A DNA stretch of 60,335 bases, the filler included. It is 4 parts of 4 records of this genome, joined end to end, with 100 filler letters (N's around TTAATTAATTAA, not from the genome) between each part and the next. Parts side by side here need not be neighbours in the genome. Positions count along the whole stretch, not along the records: positions 40,578 to 50,679 come from DRR723986_620; positions 50,780 to 60,335 come from DRR723986_633; 2 more parts are not named here. One strand, given 5' to 3'. Both the position numbers and the translations under genes were made by a program. Below the pieces are notes generated by a model. It made no database searches. It was given only the letters and a program-made list of their open reading frames with translations, and had not been told where the DNA came from. Shown here one piece after another: positions 47,152-57,309 of the stretch (within the stretch, counting starts at the first letter, position 1; every line of letters starts with the position of its first letter).

Positions 47152-47173
47152 CATATTCTGAATTTGCAATATG
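47152..47173. promoter_or_regulatory. Palindromic operator, SqrR/BigR (ArsR family)-like
   Basis: CATATT-CTGAATTTGC-AATATG contains ATTC-N8-CAAT, just upstream of the adaptor start codon. Confidence 0.55.
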
Positions 47174-47345
47174 TAAGTATCATCTTTCACATGATTTACA
47201 AGGGGCACCCTTTGGCCACGGCGGGAAAACGGAAAACCGCCCAAATTTATGAAAATTAGCGGCTGTGGGCGCGGTGGGCGCATTGCCCATGGCGGCTGGC
47301 TTCGCTATCACGGCGGGCAACACGGCATTTCCAAGGAGCACGCAG

Positions 47346-49001
47346 ATGGCATCTTACCAGTATGTCTACCACATGCAGGGCGTATCAAAGACCTATCCTG
47401 GTGGTAAGAAATGTTTTGAAAACATCCACCTCAGCTTCTTGCCCGGTGTAAAAATCGGTGTCGTTGGTGTGAACGGTGCCGGTAAATCCACGCTGCTGCG
47501 CATCATGGCGGGGATCGACAAAGATTTCTCCGGCGAAGCCTGGTGCGCCGATGGCGCCAAAGTGGGCTACTTGCCGCAAGAGCCCGAGCTGGACCCGAAC
47601 TTGAGCGTGCGGGAAAACGTGATGCTGGGCGTGGCCGCCAAAAAGGCGATTCTTGATCGCTACAACGAATTGGCGATGAACTATTCTGATGAAACCGCCG
47701 ATGAGATGGCCCAGCTGCAAGACGAGATCGACAGCCAAAACCTGTGGGATCTGGACAGCCAGATCGATATCTCGATGGAGGCGCTGCGCTGCCCCCCCGA
47801 TGATGCCGATGTCACCACGCTGTCGGGCGGTGAAAAACGCCGTGTGGCGCTGTGTAAGCTGCTGCTTGAACAGCCCGAAATGCTGCTTTTGGACGAACCC
47901 ACCAACCACCTTGATGCCGAAACCATCGCCTGGTTGCAAAACCACCTGATCGAATACCCTGGCACTATTTTGATCGTCACCCACGATCGCTATTTCCTGG
48001 ATGACATCACGGGCTGGATCCTCGAGCTGGATCGCGGCCGCGGCATTCCCTACGAGGGCAATTATTCCAGCTGGCTGGAACAAAAAGCCAAACGCCTGGA
48101 ACAAGAGGCCCGCGAGGATAAATCGCGCCAGAAAACGCTGGAACGCGAATTGGAATGGATCCGCCAAGGTGCCAAGGCCCGCCAGGCCAAGCAAAAGGCG
48201 CGGATCAACGCCTATAATGAAATGGCCAACCAATCCGAGCGTGAAAAGCTAAGCCGCGCCCAGATTATCATTCCCAATGGGCCGCGTTTGGGCGGAAAGG
48301 TGATCGAGGTGTCGGGCCTGAAAAAGGCGATGGGCGACAAGCTGTTGATCGAAAACCTAGATTTCAGCCTGCCCCCGGGCGGCATTGTGGGGGTTATCGG
48401 GCCAAACGGCGCGGGTAAAACCACGCTGTTTCGTATGCTGACCGGCCAGGAACAGCCAGACGAGGGCAGTGTCGAATATGGCGATACGGTAAAGCTGTCT
48501 TATGTCGATCAAACCCGCGATGCGCTGAATGCGGATTGGACGGTTTGGGAGGCCATTGCCGACAAGCAAGACATCATCAAGCTGGGCGATGCCGAAGTGA
48601 ACGCGCGCGCCTATTGCTCGGCCTTCAATTTCAAGGGGGGCGATCAGCAGAAGAAAGTATCGCTATTGTCGGGCGGTGAACGCAACCGCGTGCATATGGC
48701 ACGGCTGTTGCGCGAGGGGGGCAATGTGCTGCTGCTCGACGAACCGACCAACGATCTCGATGTGGAAACCCTGCGCGCGCTGGAAGATGCCTTGGTCGAT
48801 TTCGCGGGATGTGCCGTGGTGATTTCGCACGATCGTTTCTTCCTTGACCGCATCTGCACCCATATTCTGGCCTTCGAGGGCGAGGCCCATGTTGAATGGT
48901 TCGAGGGCGATTTTTCGGCCTATGAAGAAGATAAAAAACGCCGCCTGGGCCCTGATGCGCTGGAACCAAAGCGGATCAAATACAAAAAATTTACCCGTTA
49001 A
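47346..49001 (+). CDS. ettA: Energy-dependent translational throttle protein EttA (ABC-F)
   Basis: Two ABC domains without TM, LERELEWIR linker, YEEDKKRRLG; start at 47346 after AAGGAG. Confidence 0.96.
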   Translation: MASYQYVYHMQGVSKTYPGGKKCFENIHLSFLPGVKIGVVGVNGAGKSTLLRIMAGIDKDFSGEAWCADGAKVGYLPQEPELDPNLSVRENVMLGVAAKKAILDRYNELAMNYSDETADEMAQLQDEIDSQNLWDLDSQIDISMEALRCPPDDADVTTLSGGEKRRVALCKLLLEQPEMLLLDEPTNHLDAETIAWLQNHLIEYPGTILIVTHDRYFLDDITGWILELDRGRGIPYEGNYSSWLEQKAKRLEQEAREDKSRQKTLERELEWIRQGAKARQAKQKARINAYNEMANQSEREKLSRAQIIIPNGPRLGGKVIEVSGLKKAMGDKLLIENLDFSLPPGGIVGVIGPNGAGKTTLFRMLTGQEQPDEGSVEYGDTVKLSYVDQTRDALNADWTVWEAIADKQDIIKLGDAEVNARAYCSAFNFKGGDQQKKVSLLSGGERNRVHMARLLREGGNVLLLDEPTNDLDVETLRALEDALVDFAGCAVVISHDRFFLDRICTHILAFEGEAHVEWFEGDFSAYEEDKKRRLGPDALEPKRIKYKKFTR

Positions 49002-49055
49002 AGCCACGCAGCTATGGGCCGGGTTTTCGGCCTTTCCTTAATGATTTCAAATGCT

Positions 49056-49083
49056 CAGCGCCCGCCCTTTTTGGCGGGCGCTG
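49056..49083 (+). terminator. Hairpin after ettA
   Basis: CAGCGCCCGCC-N6-GGCGGGCGCTG perfect 11-bp stem; no clear U tract. Confidence 0.55.
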
Positions 49084-49268
49084 GCCCTTGTGCGGCAAAT
49101 TCGCGCAATTCCCCTTGATTTTTGAAAGCCGCGCGCCCATCTCTTGGCCTGCGAAAGACCCATCTACGATCTACCTGTATTCCTTCACCGGCGCACAGTC
49201 TTCGATCCAGACGTGACTTTGCCGGCCCGCTGCATAACGTGAGCGGAAACAGATAAGGGAATACACAC

Positions 49269-49475
49269 ATGGCCACTGGCACCGTAAAATGGTTTAACAC
49301 GACAAAAGGCTACGGCTTTATCGCACCCGACAATGGCGGCAAAGATGTGTTTGTGCACATCTCGGCGGTCGAGCGTTCGGGCCTGACCGGCCTTGCCGAC
49401 AACCAGAAAGTTTCGTTCGAGCTGCAGTCGGGCCGTGATGGCCGCGAAAGCGCAGTGGATCTGGCGCTGGTTTGA
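49269..49475 (+). CDS. Cold-shock protein (CspA family)
   Basis: GTVKWFN..KGYGFI and DVFVHISA RNP motifs. Confidence 0.97.
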   Translation: MATGTVKWFNTTKGYGFIAPDNGGKDVFVHISAVERSGLTGLADNQKVSFELQSGRDGRESAVDLALV

Positions 49476-49536
49476 TCCACAGGCTTTGATCTGGGGGCCC
49501 TTGGCCGCTCGGCGGCGCATCAGGGCCTGAAACAGG

Positions 49537-49569
49537 GCGCGGCACCTTTTGGGGCCGCGCTTTTTTATT
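49537..49569 (+). terminator. Intrinsic terminator after csp
   Basis: GCGCGGC-N10-GCCGCGC followed by TTTTTTATT. Confidence 0.75.
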
Positions 49570-49665
49570 GCGCGCGCTTGGCCTTTTGCGCCCTTTGCGC
49601 CGGTTGCATCGGGCCATGGGGGTGGCTACATCTTTGGCCAACCGTCTTTGCCCTGGGGCCCTGCC

Positions 49666-50547
49666 ATGAAGATTGCAACCGCCGCCTACCCGCTTGATTG
49701 GCTGGATACTTGGGATGGCTATGCCGCCAAACAGCGCGCTTGGGTGGTAGAGGCCGCACAGGCGGGCGCGAACCTGTTGGTATTTCCCGAATATGGCGCA
49801 ATGGAGCTGGCCGCGCAGGCCGGCGTGCAAACGGCCAGTGATCTGCATGGCTCGATCCATGCAGTGGCCGCGCGAATGGCGCAGGCCAATGCGCTGCACG
49901 CTGAATTGGCGCGCGAATTTGGCGTCTATATCCTGTCGGGCAGCGGCCCGGTGCAGATGGGTGAAAAGGTGGTGAACCGGGCGCATTTCTTTGCGCCGGG
50001 CGGCGCCACGGCCCACCAAGACAAGCAAATCATGACCCGGTTCGAGCGCGAAGATTGGGGCATTTCCGGCGGTGGCCCATTGCGGGTGTTTGACACCAGC
50101 CTGGGCAAGATCGCGGTGCTCATCTGCTATGACAGCGAATTTCCGCTTTTGGCGCGCAGCCTGGTAGAGGCGGGCGCCGAAGTGCTGCTGGTGCCCTCGT
50201 GCACCGAGGCGCCCGAGGGCTATTGGCGGGTGCGCATCGGGGCCATGGCCCGCGCGCTAGAGGGGCAATGCGTGGCGGCGATGGCATCTTTGGTGGGCCA
50301 GCAGCCGCGGCTTTTTGGGGTAGAGGAAAACAGCGGTGCAGGCGGCGTTTTTGGCCCGCCTGATCGTGGGTTTCCACCGACAGGGGTTTTGGCCCTGGGG
50401 CAGTTGGATGTGCCGGGCTGGACCTATGCGCAGATCGACCGTGCCGCCATTGCCGATGTGCGCGCCGATGGCCATGTGCTGAACATGGCCCATTGGCCCG
50501 AACAAGCGGCCCGTCTGCCGCATATTGAAACCATCGCTTTGGCTTAG
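49666..50547 (+). CDS. Carbon-nitrogen hydrolase (nitrilase superfamily)
   Basis: VFPEY, QDKQIMTRFE and ICYDSEFP (Glu-Lys-Cys triad). Start taken at ATG 49666. Confidence 0.92.
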   Translation: MKIATAAYPLDWLDTWDGYAAKQRAWVVEAAQAGANLLVFPEYGAMELAAQAGVQTASDLHGSIHAVAARMAQANALHAELAREFGVYILSGSGPVQMGEKVVNRAHFFAPGGATAHQDKQIMTRFEREDWGISGGGPLRVFDTSLGKIAVLICYDSEFPLLARSLVEAGAEVLLVPSCTEAPEGYWRVRIGAMARALEGQCVAAMASLVGQQPRLFGVEENSGAGGVFGPPDRGFPPTGVLALGQLDVPGWTYAQIDRAAIADVRADGHVLNMAHWPEQAARLPHIETIALA

Positions 50548-50660
50548 CGGTTTGCCCTGCCGGCAGGCCCTGCCATTTTGGCCTTGAAAATTTGGCGGAA
50601 TGCGCTCATTTAGGCGCGTGCTCTGCTCTATATGCAGGGATCGGCAATGAAGGAGAGACC

Positions 50661-50679
50661 ATGGCCAAGGAAGATACGC
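50661..50679 (+). CDS. infA: Start of translation initiation factor IF-1, truncated by contig end
   Basis: AAGGAG RBS then MAKEDT, the typical Rhodobacteraceae IF-1 N-terminus; only 6 codons are visible. Confidence 0.65.
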
Positions 50680-50779
50680 NNNNNNNNNNNNNNNNNNNNN
50701 NNNNNNNNNNNNNNNNNNNNNNNTTAATTAATTAANNNNNNNNNNNNNNNNNNNNNNNNNNNNNNNNNNNNNNNNNNNN
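50680..50779. other. Artificial contig spacer
   Basis: N44-TTAATTAATTAA-N44. Confidence 0.99.
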
Positions 50780-50857
50780 CAGAGCAAACGGCTCAAAGCG
50801 GTCAAGACAGGTGGACCGATATCGACCTGAAGAATTCTGCAGAGACATTTCAATACA

Positions 50858-52303
50858 TTAACTTCGGGACGCAACAAGTCGCTGTTTAATTAACTCAACT
50901 CCATACGCCACAAACACCAAAATAAATGGCAATAAATACAAGCGAAAACGCGCGTAACCGTTCGGGCCACCAAGAACCAGCAAATACAACAAGGTGCCGA
51001 GAACAAAAATGCAGGTCCAGCGATCACCACGCAACCAGAAGACAAACAGACCGGCCAGCGCAAGGACAAGCAGAGCGCCTACTAAAACCAGGTTAAACAA
51101 CAGAACAAAAGTCATCAGCGGATCCATACTGAACAGACGTACAAACGCGCCCCACAAACCCTCCGTGGCAATGATATTTGTTAAACCCATTTGAGTGTTG
51201 TCGTCGCCATACAAAGTTCGCTTTAAAACCAGGCGGCCAGGGTCAAACAGCGTGACGGCCATGCCCTTAAAAATCGTCTTAACATACGCGACTGGATGTG
51301 CCCCCAGATATTCGCTGCCGTAGGCCAGCCACAGACTGTCCATCGTTTTGTAGTCGCGGTTTGGCAGCTGTGATGCGCGCGCTTCAATCTCCGCCTGCAC
51401 GGCAATATGTGCGTCGTAGTACGAGATATTCTCAACTTCGGCACGCACATAAGAAGTGTGCCCAACCCCCAGATTCTTACTCTGCGTTGAAGTAAAAGTA
51501 TAACTTCCGGTTTGGGAGTGCGAGTACAAAAGCCAGGGTAAAAAGCCGGCAACAACCACGACAATTAAACAAATTGCTGGAAAAAGTGAACGCCGCCGCA
51601 GGCCGACATAAACAGCCCAGAAGACCACAAGATATAAACTGACGGGTTTAACAAGTGTTGCAAACACCAGCAATAAACCGGCTCCAGCCAGCATGCCAAG
51701 GTTTAACTGACCGCCGCGCTGATTGCCGATACGTAGAATTAACAGCGCGCTCCAAACCAGTAAAGCACAGAAAATCGGCTCGGGAACAAGTTCCTTGGAA
51801 TAGAGCAGCAGCAGGGGTTCAGCCACAAGTATTACAGAAACCAGGCGCACGTTGAAGCTTCTGTGGTCTCTTAACCCACAGGCGTCCAGCAAACGAATCA
51901 AACCCAGATACAAAAGCATAAGCGCCGGAATGTTTAATGCGATCGCAACAATCCAGCCGGCCGAACCAAACAGCGCATAACAGGCGGCAATAATTATCGG
52001 GTAACCAGGCGGGCGCAAAACACTGCTAAACTCAGCAACTTCGGGGCACTCATAAACACCGGTTTCGACCAATGTCTGAGCCAAACAATCGTATTGTGGG
52101 GAGTCGCCATTAAACATGCGGCTTTGATCGGGAGCCAGCCACAGAATTAACACAAGACGTGAAATCAGAATCCAGACCAAAACCCACAATTCAAAACGGC
52201 CAAGCTTAAACTTGTTAACCAATACACTTCGAAGCTTCCCGAAAAAACCGGCAGCGGACGGAATAGGTGAATTCCCTGAGGGAGAGTCTGCGCCGGACTG
52301 CAT
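50858..52303 (-). CDS. GT-C fold membrane glycosyltransferase (ArnT/GT39-like)
   Basis: Multi-TM; GDS..Y after the first TM; RPPGYP, EP.F, KP and RFRL motifs. Confidence 0.75.
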   Translation of the reverse strand: MQSGADSPSGNSPIPSAAGFFGKLRSVLVNKFKLGRFELWVLVWILISRLVLILWLAPDQSRMFNGDSPQYDCLAQTLVETGVYECPEVAEFSSVLRPPGYPIIIAACYALFGSAGWIVAIALNIPALMLLYLGLIRLLDACGLRDHRSFNVRLVSVILVAEPLLLLYSKELVPEPIFCALLVWSALLILRIGNQRGGQLNLGMLAGAGLLLVFATLVKPVSLYLVVFWAVYVGLRRRSLFPAICLIVVVVAGFLPWLLYSHSQTGSYTFTSTQSKNLGVGHTSYVRAEVENISYYDAHIAVQAEIEARASQLPNRDYKTMDSLWLAYGSEYLGAHPVAYVKTIFKGMAVTLFDPGRLVLKRTLYGDDNTQMGLTNIIATEGLWGAFVRLFSMDPLMTFVLLFNLVLVGALLVLALAGLFVFWLRGDRWTCIFVLGTLLYLLVLGGPNGYARFRLYLLPFILVFVAYGVELIKQRLVASRS

Positions 52304-52315
52304 CAGCTCTCCCCT

Positions 52316-53200
52316 TTAATTTGCAACGGTCAATGGCTGAATCTGCGTGACGATATTATCGATAAGCCGCACAGTTCCCACGCGCACCGCCAGCAACAAA
52401 ACGATCTCCTGGCCGGGGATAAAATTTTCCGATGCGCTCAAATCATTCGCATCCAGCGCACAGGCATATTCAATGTCGTAGCCGGCACTCGTTAAATGCT
52501 GCTGCAGGACCAGATCCATCATTTCGCGGCGCTGCTCACCATTCGCGGCCAGCTGTGCGGCACTAAACAATGCGGCATAGAGCCAACCGGCCTTCTGGCG
52601 GTCCTCAGCACTCAAATACTGGTTGCGAGAGCTGCGCGCCAGGCCATTAGCCTCACGCACCGTCGGCGCTAAAACAATTTCAATTGGAAAGTTAAGATCG
52701 CGCGTCAAGGCCTTAACAACTAAAGTTTGCTGATAATCCTTCAGCCCAAAGACGGCGATGTCGGGAGCGACAATGTTAAACAGTTTACTCACAATTGTCG
52801 CAACACCGTCAAAGTGCCCCGGACGCGAGGCGCCTTCCAGAACTTCAACAATCTGGCCTTTAACATGTACGCTGCAGTTAACACCGTCTGGATACATCAC
52901 ATCGGTAGACGGGGCGAACATGACCTGGCTACCGGCGGCGGCGGCGGTATTAAGATCTTGTTCCAGATTGCGCGGATAACGATCAAAGTCTTCGTTCGGG
53001 CCAAACTGCGTAGGGTTAACAAACACGGAAGTCACGACAATATCGGCCAGCTGCGCGGCATGCCGTATCAGCTGCGCGTGGCCGTCGTGCAAGGCACCCA
53101 TCGTCGGCACAAATGCCACACGACGTCCGGCGGTTTTTTGCTCCTCGCTGAAGCGCCGCATAGCGCCAGGATCAGTGATTGTAGTAATCTCCTGCGACAT
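52316..53200 (-). CDS. panC: Pantoate-beta-alanine ligase
   Basis: PTMGALHDGH, FVNPTQF, RPGHFDGV, FGLKDYQQ, SSRN.YL and RLIDN motifs. Confidence 0.97.
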   Translation of the reverse strand: MSQEITTITDPGAMRRFSEEQKTAGRRVAFVPTMGALHDGHAQLIRHAAQLADIVVTSVFVNPTQFGPNEDFDRYPRNLEQDLNTAAAAGSQVMFAPSTDVMYPDGVNCSVHVKGQIVEVLEGASRPGHFDGVATIVSKLFNIVAPDIAVFGLKDYQQTLVVKALTRDLNFPIEIVLAPTVREANGLARSSRNQYLSAEDRQKAGWLYAALFSAAQLAANGEQRREMMDLVLQQHLTSAGYDIEYACALDANDLSASENFIPGQEIVLLLAVRVGTVRLIDNIVTQIQPLTVAN

Positions 53201-53242
53201 TCTAAGCTCACCCAGAAAGTTAACAGAACGAAATGTTCGCGT

Positions 53243-54187
53243 TTAAAGAATGCGCTGGCCAAAACATGAAAGTGTGCAGCCAACCGCGAATTCGGCACTC
53301 TTATTCATGTCGTCAAGGGTTGGATTGACCTCAACAATCTCATAGGAGCCAAGTTTGCCGGACTCCGCGATTGTCTCCATAATCAGATGTGCCTCGCGAT
53401 ACGACAAACCACCGGGAACCGGCGTACCGACGCCCTGCGCTACCGCGGGATCGACGCTATCAAGATCAAAGCTGACGTGTATGTGATCGACTTCGCGGCG
53501 CATGCGGTCCAGCACGCGTGTAATGATCGAATATATCCCGTCGCGATCAATCTCATACATGGTGTAAGTCGGAATGCCTTTTGAGCGGATCAGCTCACGC
53601 TCACCCGGATCAATTGAACGCGCGCCGATGATAGCTACGTCCCGCGCTGCGACTTTCGGAAAATGCCCGCCAATCGACGTTAAATATTGATGGCCCAGCC
53701 CCAGCGAAACTGCCAACGGCATGCCGTGGATATTTCCGGTAGGGGTTGTTTCCGGCACGTTTAAGTCCGAATGTGCATCGATCCAAATGACGCCAAGACG
53801 CTTTTTCTGTTCTTTACAATGCGCGCCAATTCCGGCAATTGAGCCGATACTCATAGAGTGATCGCCGCCCAGAATCAGCGGAAAATGGCCGTCGTCCAGC
53901 AGGGATTTCACGCGCGTTCCCAGCTGCTCGGAGGCGCGCGCGATTTCCGTCAGATAGCGCAACTTCTCGTCGCCGGCTTCTTCCGCTTCGGCGGTGTGGA
54001 TCGGAATGTCACCAAGATCCTTGACATTCAGCCCCAGCTCATTCTGCAGGCGTTCCACAATTCCGGCTATGCGCAGGGCCGACGGCCCCATATCCACTCC
54101 ACGCCGTCCGGCACCGAGGTCCATCGGAAATCCAATGACGTGAATATCTTTTTCGATCTGAGGCAGAGAATGTAGAGGGTTCGCCAT
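53243..54187 (-). CDS. rocF: Arginase
   Basis: [34 protein letters not shown] and VEVNP motifs. Confidence 0.93.
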   Translation of the reverse strand: MANPLHSLPQIEKDIHVIGFPMDLGAGRRGVDMGPSALRIAGIVERLQNELGLNVKDLGDIPIHTAEAEEAGDEKLRYLTEIARASEQLGTRVKSLLDDGHFPLILGGDHSMSIGSIAGIGAHCKEQKKRLGVIWIDAHSDLNVPETTPTGNIHGMPLAVSLGLGHQYLTSIGGHFPKVAARDVAIIGARSIDPGERELIRSKGIPTYTMYEIDRDGIYSIITRVLDRMRREVDHIHVSFDLDSVDPAVAQGVGTPVPGGLSYREAHLIMETIAESGKLGSYEIVEVNPTLDDMNKSAEFAVGCTLSCFGQRIL

Positions 54188-54201
54188 TGTAAAGCCAGAT
54201 T

Positions 54202-55038
54202 TTAGTCAACCAGGAGAGAAAACAGTTGATGCAAGGTTGATCGCAGATCACGTCTGTGAACAATTTTATCGAGAAACCCATGTTCAAGCAGGAATTCAGA
54301 ACGCTGGAAACCTGCCGGCAATTTCTTGCGAATAGTCTGCTCTATTACACGCGGCCCGGCAAAACCGATCAATGCGCCCGGCTCAGCGATATTGATATCA
54401 CCAAGCATTGCGTAGGATGCGGAAACACCTCCCGTCGTGGGATCGGTCAGCAAAGAAATATAGGGGATTCCGGCTTCGGCCAGTTGTGCCAGTTTGGTAC
54501 TGGTTTTGGCCATCTGCATCAGGGAGAGCGCCCCTTCCTGCATACGCGCACCACCGGAAGCCGAAATGAGCAGCAGAGGAATCTTCTCGTCCAGCGAGCG
54601 GTCGATCGCCCGTGAAATTTTTTCGCCCACAGCCGACCCAAGTGTTCCGGCCATGAAGTTAAAGTTGCGGCAGCCGAAGGAAATGCGGCGCTCGTGGATA
54701 GTTCCCACCCCAACCGAAATCGCGTCGTTCACACCTTTTGCATAGGCAGCATCGAGGCGCGCCTGATACGGTTTGCTGTCAACGAATCCAAGCGGGTCAA
54801 CTGAGCGGATGTTCTGGTCCATCTCCACGTAGGAGCCCGGATCAAAAATCAACTGTGCATACTGTTCGGAATGAATGCGGAAGTGCGTATCACAATTGGG
54901 GCAGGTGAAGAAGTAATCTTCCAGCTGCCGCTTGTAAATCACGGTGTTGCATTTTTCGCACTTTGTAAAAAGTCCATCCGGCATTTCGCGATCAGGTGAA
55001 CCTTTGGGATATTGTTTGGGTCGTAAAAACCAAGCCAT
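54202..55038 (-). CDS. accD: Acetyl-CoA carboxylase carboxyltransferase beta subunit
   Basis: CxxC...CxxC zinc finger, SGGARMQEG, PTTGGVSAS and FAGPRVIEQT motifs. Confidence 0.97.
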   Translation of the reverse strand: MAWFLRPKQYPKGSPDREMPDGLFTKCEKCNTVIYKRQLEDYFFTCPNCDTHFRIHSEQYAQLIFDPGSYVEMDQNIRSVDPLGFVDSKPYQARLDAAYAKGVNDAISVGVGTIHERRISFGCRNFNFMAGTLGSAVGEKISRAIDRSLDEKIPLLLISASGGARMQEGALSLMQMAKTSTKLAQLAEAGIPYISLLTDPTTGGVSASYAMLGDINIAEPGALIGFAGPRVIEQTIRKKLPAGFQRSEFLLEHGFLDKIVHRRDLRSTLHQLFSLLVD

Positions 55039-55073
55039 GAGCTGAAAATTCCTAGCTAGTGTGCGGGAGTGAT

Positions 55074-55093
55074 GGCGCCGGCAAGCCGGCGCC
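55074..55093 (-). terminator. GC hairpin after paaN-like gene
   Basis: GGCGCCGG-4nt-CCGGCGCC with no U tract; may be a pause or stabilising hairpin. Confidence 0.4.
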
Positions 55094-55119
55094 TGTCGTT
55101 CGGACTTCGGTTTCTACTC

Positions 55120-56820
55120 TTAGTCTTGCGGCGTCATATCACGCACGCCGATCATATTATAACGATTTGCGACGAAAGAGACGTCGCTGAACGTCGCTGA
55201 GCCGGCCGGATTGGCACCGGCACCGTGGAAGTCGGAAAACGCTGCGGATTGGTTGACCCACAGCTTGCCCACAAAGTTGAAAGCCAGGGGTGCACCTGCA
55301 CCAAACACGATTTCTTCTTCAGCAAGACTGCGTTGGCTTGCATCCGTCGTGTACACGCTGGTCGTCAGAGCACCCACTTTTTTAACCATGTCGGTCATCA
55401 GCTTGAGGCTGTGCTCAAAGTTATCCGTCGGCACCACAAAATAAACTGGGCCGAACCACTCCTTGCCATACAGCTCGCCATGCCGTGCTTCCAGCTGCAC
55501 GATTGTTGGCGTTACCGTACGTGCTTCCGGAAAGTGCGGCTGCCCCATGCGTTCACTTTTCAGCACCAACTCACCTTCGCTGATATCAGCGGCAGCGGCA
55601 ACGCGGTCTTCAGTGACGGCATTTTGCAGTGCACCGAGCGTGGCAGCACCAATTTTAGGGTGTTTGGCCAGGCCGATGACTTTACTCCTGAGGCGCTCAA
55701 CAACTTCCTTGAACGGCACAAGTGTGCCGTTGTCATTGACGCCTGCGGAATTGATGAAAAATGTCTGTGGGGCAGTACACATTTGCCCACTGTAGAGCAC
55801 CATTGAGAATGCCAGATTGTCGAGCACCAGGTCCAGATTGTCCGCACTCTCAAGAATCGCAGCATTAACGCCCGATTTCTCAGTGAAAACAACTTTGTTG
55901 TGCTCGCGGCCAATTTTCTCAAGCTCGTCACCGAAGGCGCTGCCACCGGTGTAATCGATGATCGCCACATCAGGATGTGTTGCCAGCAGGTGTGTATTCG
56001 GCTTGCCGGCCGTATCAATCGCCATTTGCACGATGTTGTGATTCAGGCCCAGGCGCGCCAAGGTGCGGCGCATGCTGGCTACAAAAATGGCGATTGGCAG
56101 AATCGCTCCGGGATGTGGTTTTACAACCACGGTGTTACCGGTAATCAGGCCGGCAAACATACCGGGCGTGCTGTTCCAGATCGGGAACGTTGAGCAGCCA
56201 ACCACAAGATTCACGCCGCGTGGCACCGCGTGGAATGTCTTGGCCACATTCACAAATTCTTCGCGCCCTACCTGCTTGGTCCACATGCTGTTAGGCGTAA
56301 AACCACTGATCGCCGTATAACCCATCGCCGCAGCTTCCAACGCGCGGTCAAATGCGTCAGGTCCCGAAGCCTGATATGCCATCACCAGGCCCTGCCCGGT
56401 CGTATGCATCGTTGCAAAACCAATCTCAGCAGCGTGTTCAGCAGCGTCCTCAAGGCATTCCATCAGGACGGCCGCACGTGCAGCTACAGAAAGCGAGCGC
56501 CATTCCGGGAGTGCCGCTTGTGACATATTAACGACGGAGTCAACATCCTGGATCGGATATGATACTTCCAGTGAGAAGCCGAACGGCGATTCTTCAGCGC
56601 CGAACCACTCTTTTACGTCGTCAATGTTCAATCCGGAGAACTCAGTGTTGATGTGGCTCTCAAAGGCCTTCTGCCCAGCGGTGCGCGCGTCCTCATCCTT
56701 CAGAATGTTGCGACGCAGGCTCTTGGGCCAGCTTACGAGTTGGTTCCGTTCAAAATTGGAGCGTATTGCCTCATCCAGCACAGGCTGGTGTTTGTTGATC
56801 AGGCTCGAAAAATCTTGCAT
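55120..56820 (-). CDS. paaN: PaaN-type aldehyde dehydrogenase
   Basis: MHTTGQ, GCSTFPIWNS.PG, VKPHPGAILP, DYTGG, TEKSGVN, LYSGQMCTAPQ and VNQSAAFSDFH..GANPA motifs. Confidence 0.85.
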   Translation of the reverse strand: MQDFSSLINKHQPVLDEAIRSNFERNQLVSWPKSLRRNILKDEDARTAGQKAFESHINTEFSGLNIDDVKEWFGAEESPFGFSLEVSYPIQDVDSVVNMSQAALPEWRSLSVAARAAVLMECLEDAAEHAAEIGFATMHTTGQGLVMAYQASGPDAFDRALEAAAMGYTAISGFTPNSMWTKQVGREEFVNVAKTFHAVPRGVNLVVGCSTFPIWNSTPGMFAGLITGNTVVVKPHPGAILPIAIFVASMRRTLARLGLNHNIVQMAIDTAGKPNTHLLATHPDVAIIDYTGGSAFGDELEKIGREHNKVVFTEKSGVNAAILESADNLDLVLDNLAFSMVLYSGQMCTAPQTFFINSAGVNDNGTLVPFKEVVERLRSKVIGLAKHPKIGAATLGALQNAVTEDRVAAAADISEGELVLKSERMGQPHFPEARTVTPTIVQLEARHGELYGKEWFGPVYFVVPTDNFEHSLKLMTDMVKKVGALTTSVYTTDASQRSLAEEEIVFGAGAPLAFNFVGKLWVNQSAAFSDFHGAGANPAGSATFSDVSFVANRYNMIGVRDMTPQD

Positions 56821-56883
56821 TGCTCTGTACTTTCCGCTTCGGTTATTGGCGTAAATTTTTGTTGTCTTTGGAGCAGATATCTG

Positions 56884-57168
56884 TCACGCAGCCGGCGAAT
56901 CATCGCCAGACTTGGGCGCATCACTTTTAGTTCCCGGGGCGGCCTTGGCGGCTCCATCCTGGGCTTCAAGCTTGGCGCGAACGGATTTCATAAATAAGGC
57001 CATCGCTACGCCGGCGGCAATAACGATCAGGGTTGCGACCAGAAACAGGAACTCACCCGTCACAAAGTAAGCAACCAGAAATACCAGTCCCGCCAGGACT
57101 TTTGTTCCGATAGACATACGCATGCCCTTGGCCTGTTTCTTGCGTATGCTTGTCAGAGATTGTGACAT
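56884..57168 (-). CDS. Small membrane hypothetical protein
   Basis: Two adjacent hydrophobic helices and a charged tail; start is uncertain (ORF is open from 57204). Confidence 0.55.
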   Translation of the reverse strand: MSQSLTSIRKKQAKGMRMSIGTKVLAGLVFLVAYFVTGEFLFLVATLIVIAAGVAMALFMKSVRAKLEAQDGAAKAAPGTKSDAPKSGDDSPAA

Positions 57169-57309
57169 AATCCAGTACCTCTTGGTAGATGTGTGCGTCA
57201 GCACAAGACCGCTAATCTACGAATTCCGCGACAATTTTGCTGTAGACGTCTCTTGCCTCTTCACGGTGTATACCGTGGCCATAATTTTCGCATGTGTATA
57301 TTTGACACT

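Noticed and set aside
40522-48233. Long antisense ORFs in contig C (e.g. 40522-41346, 43049-43870, 45089-45973, 46471-47259, 47385-48233)
   Set aside because: Shadow frames of well-supported genes in high-GC DNA, with no motifs.
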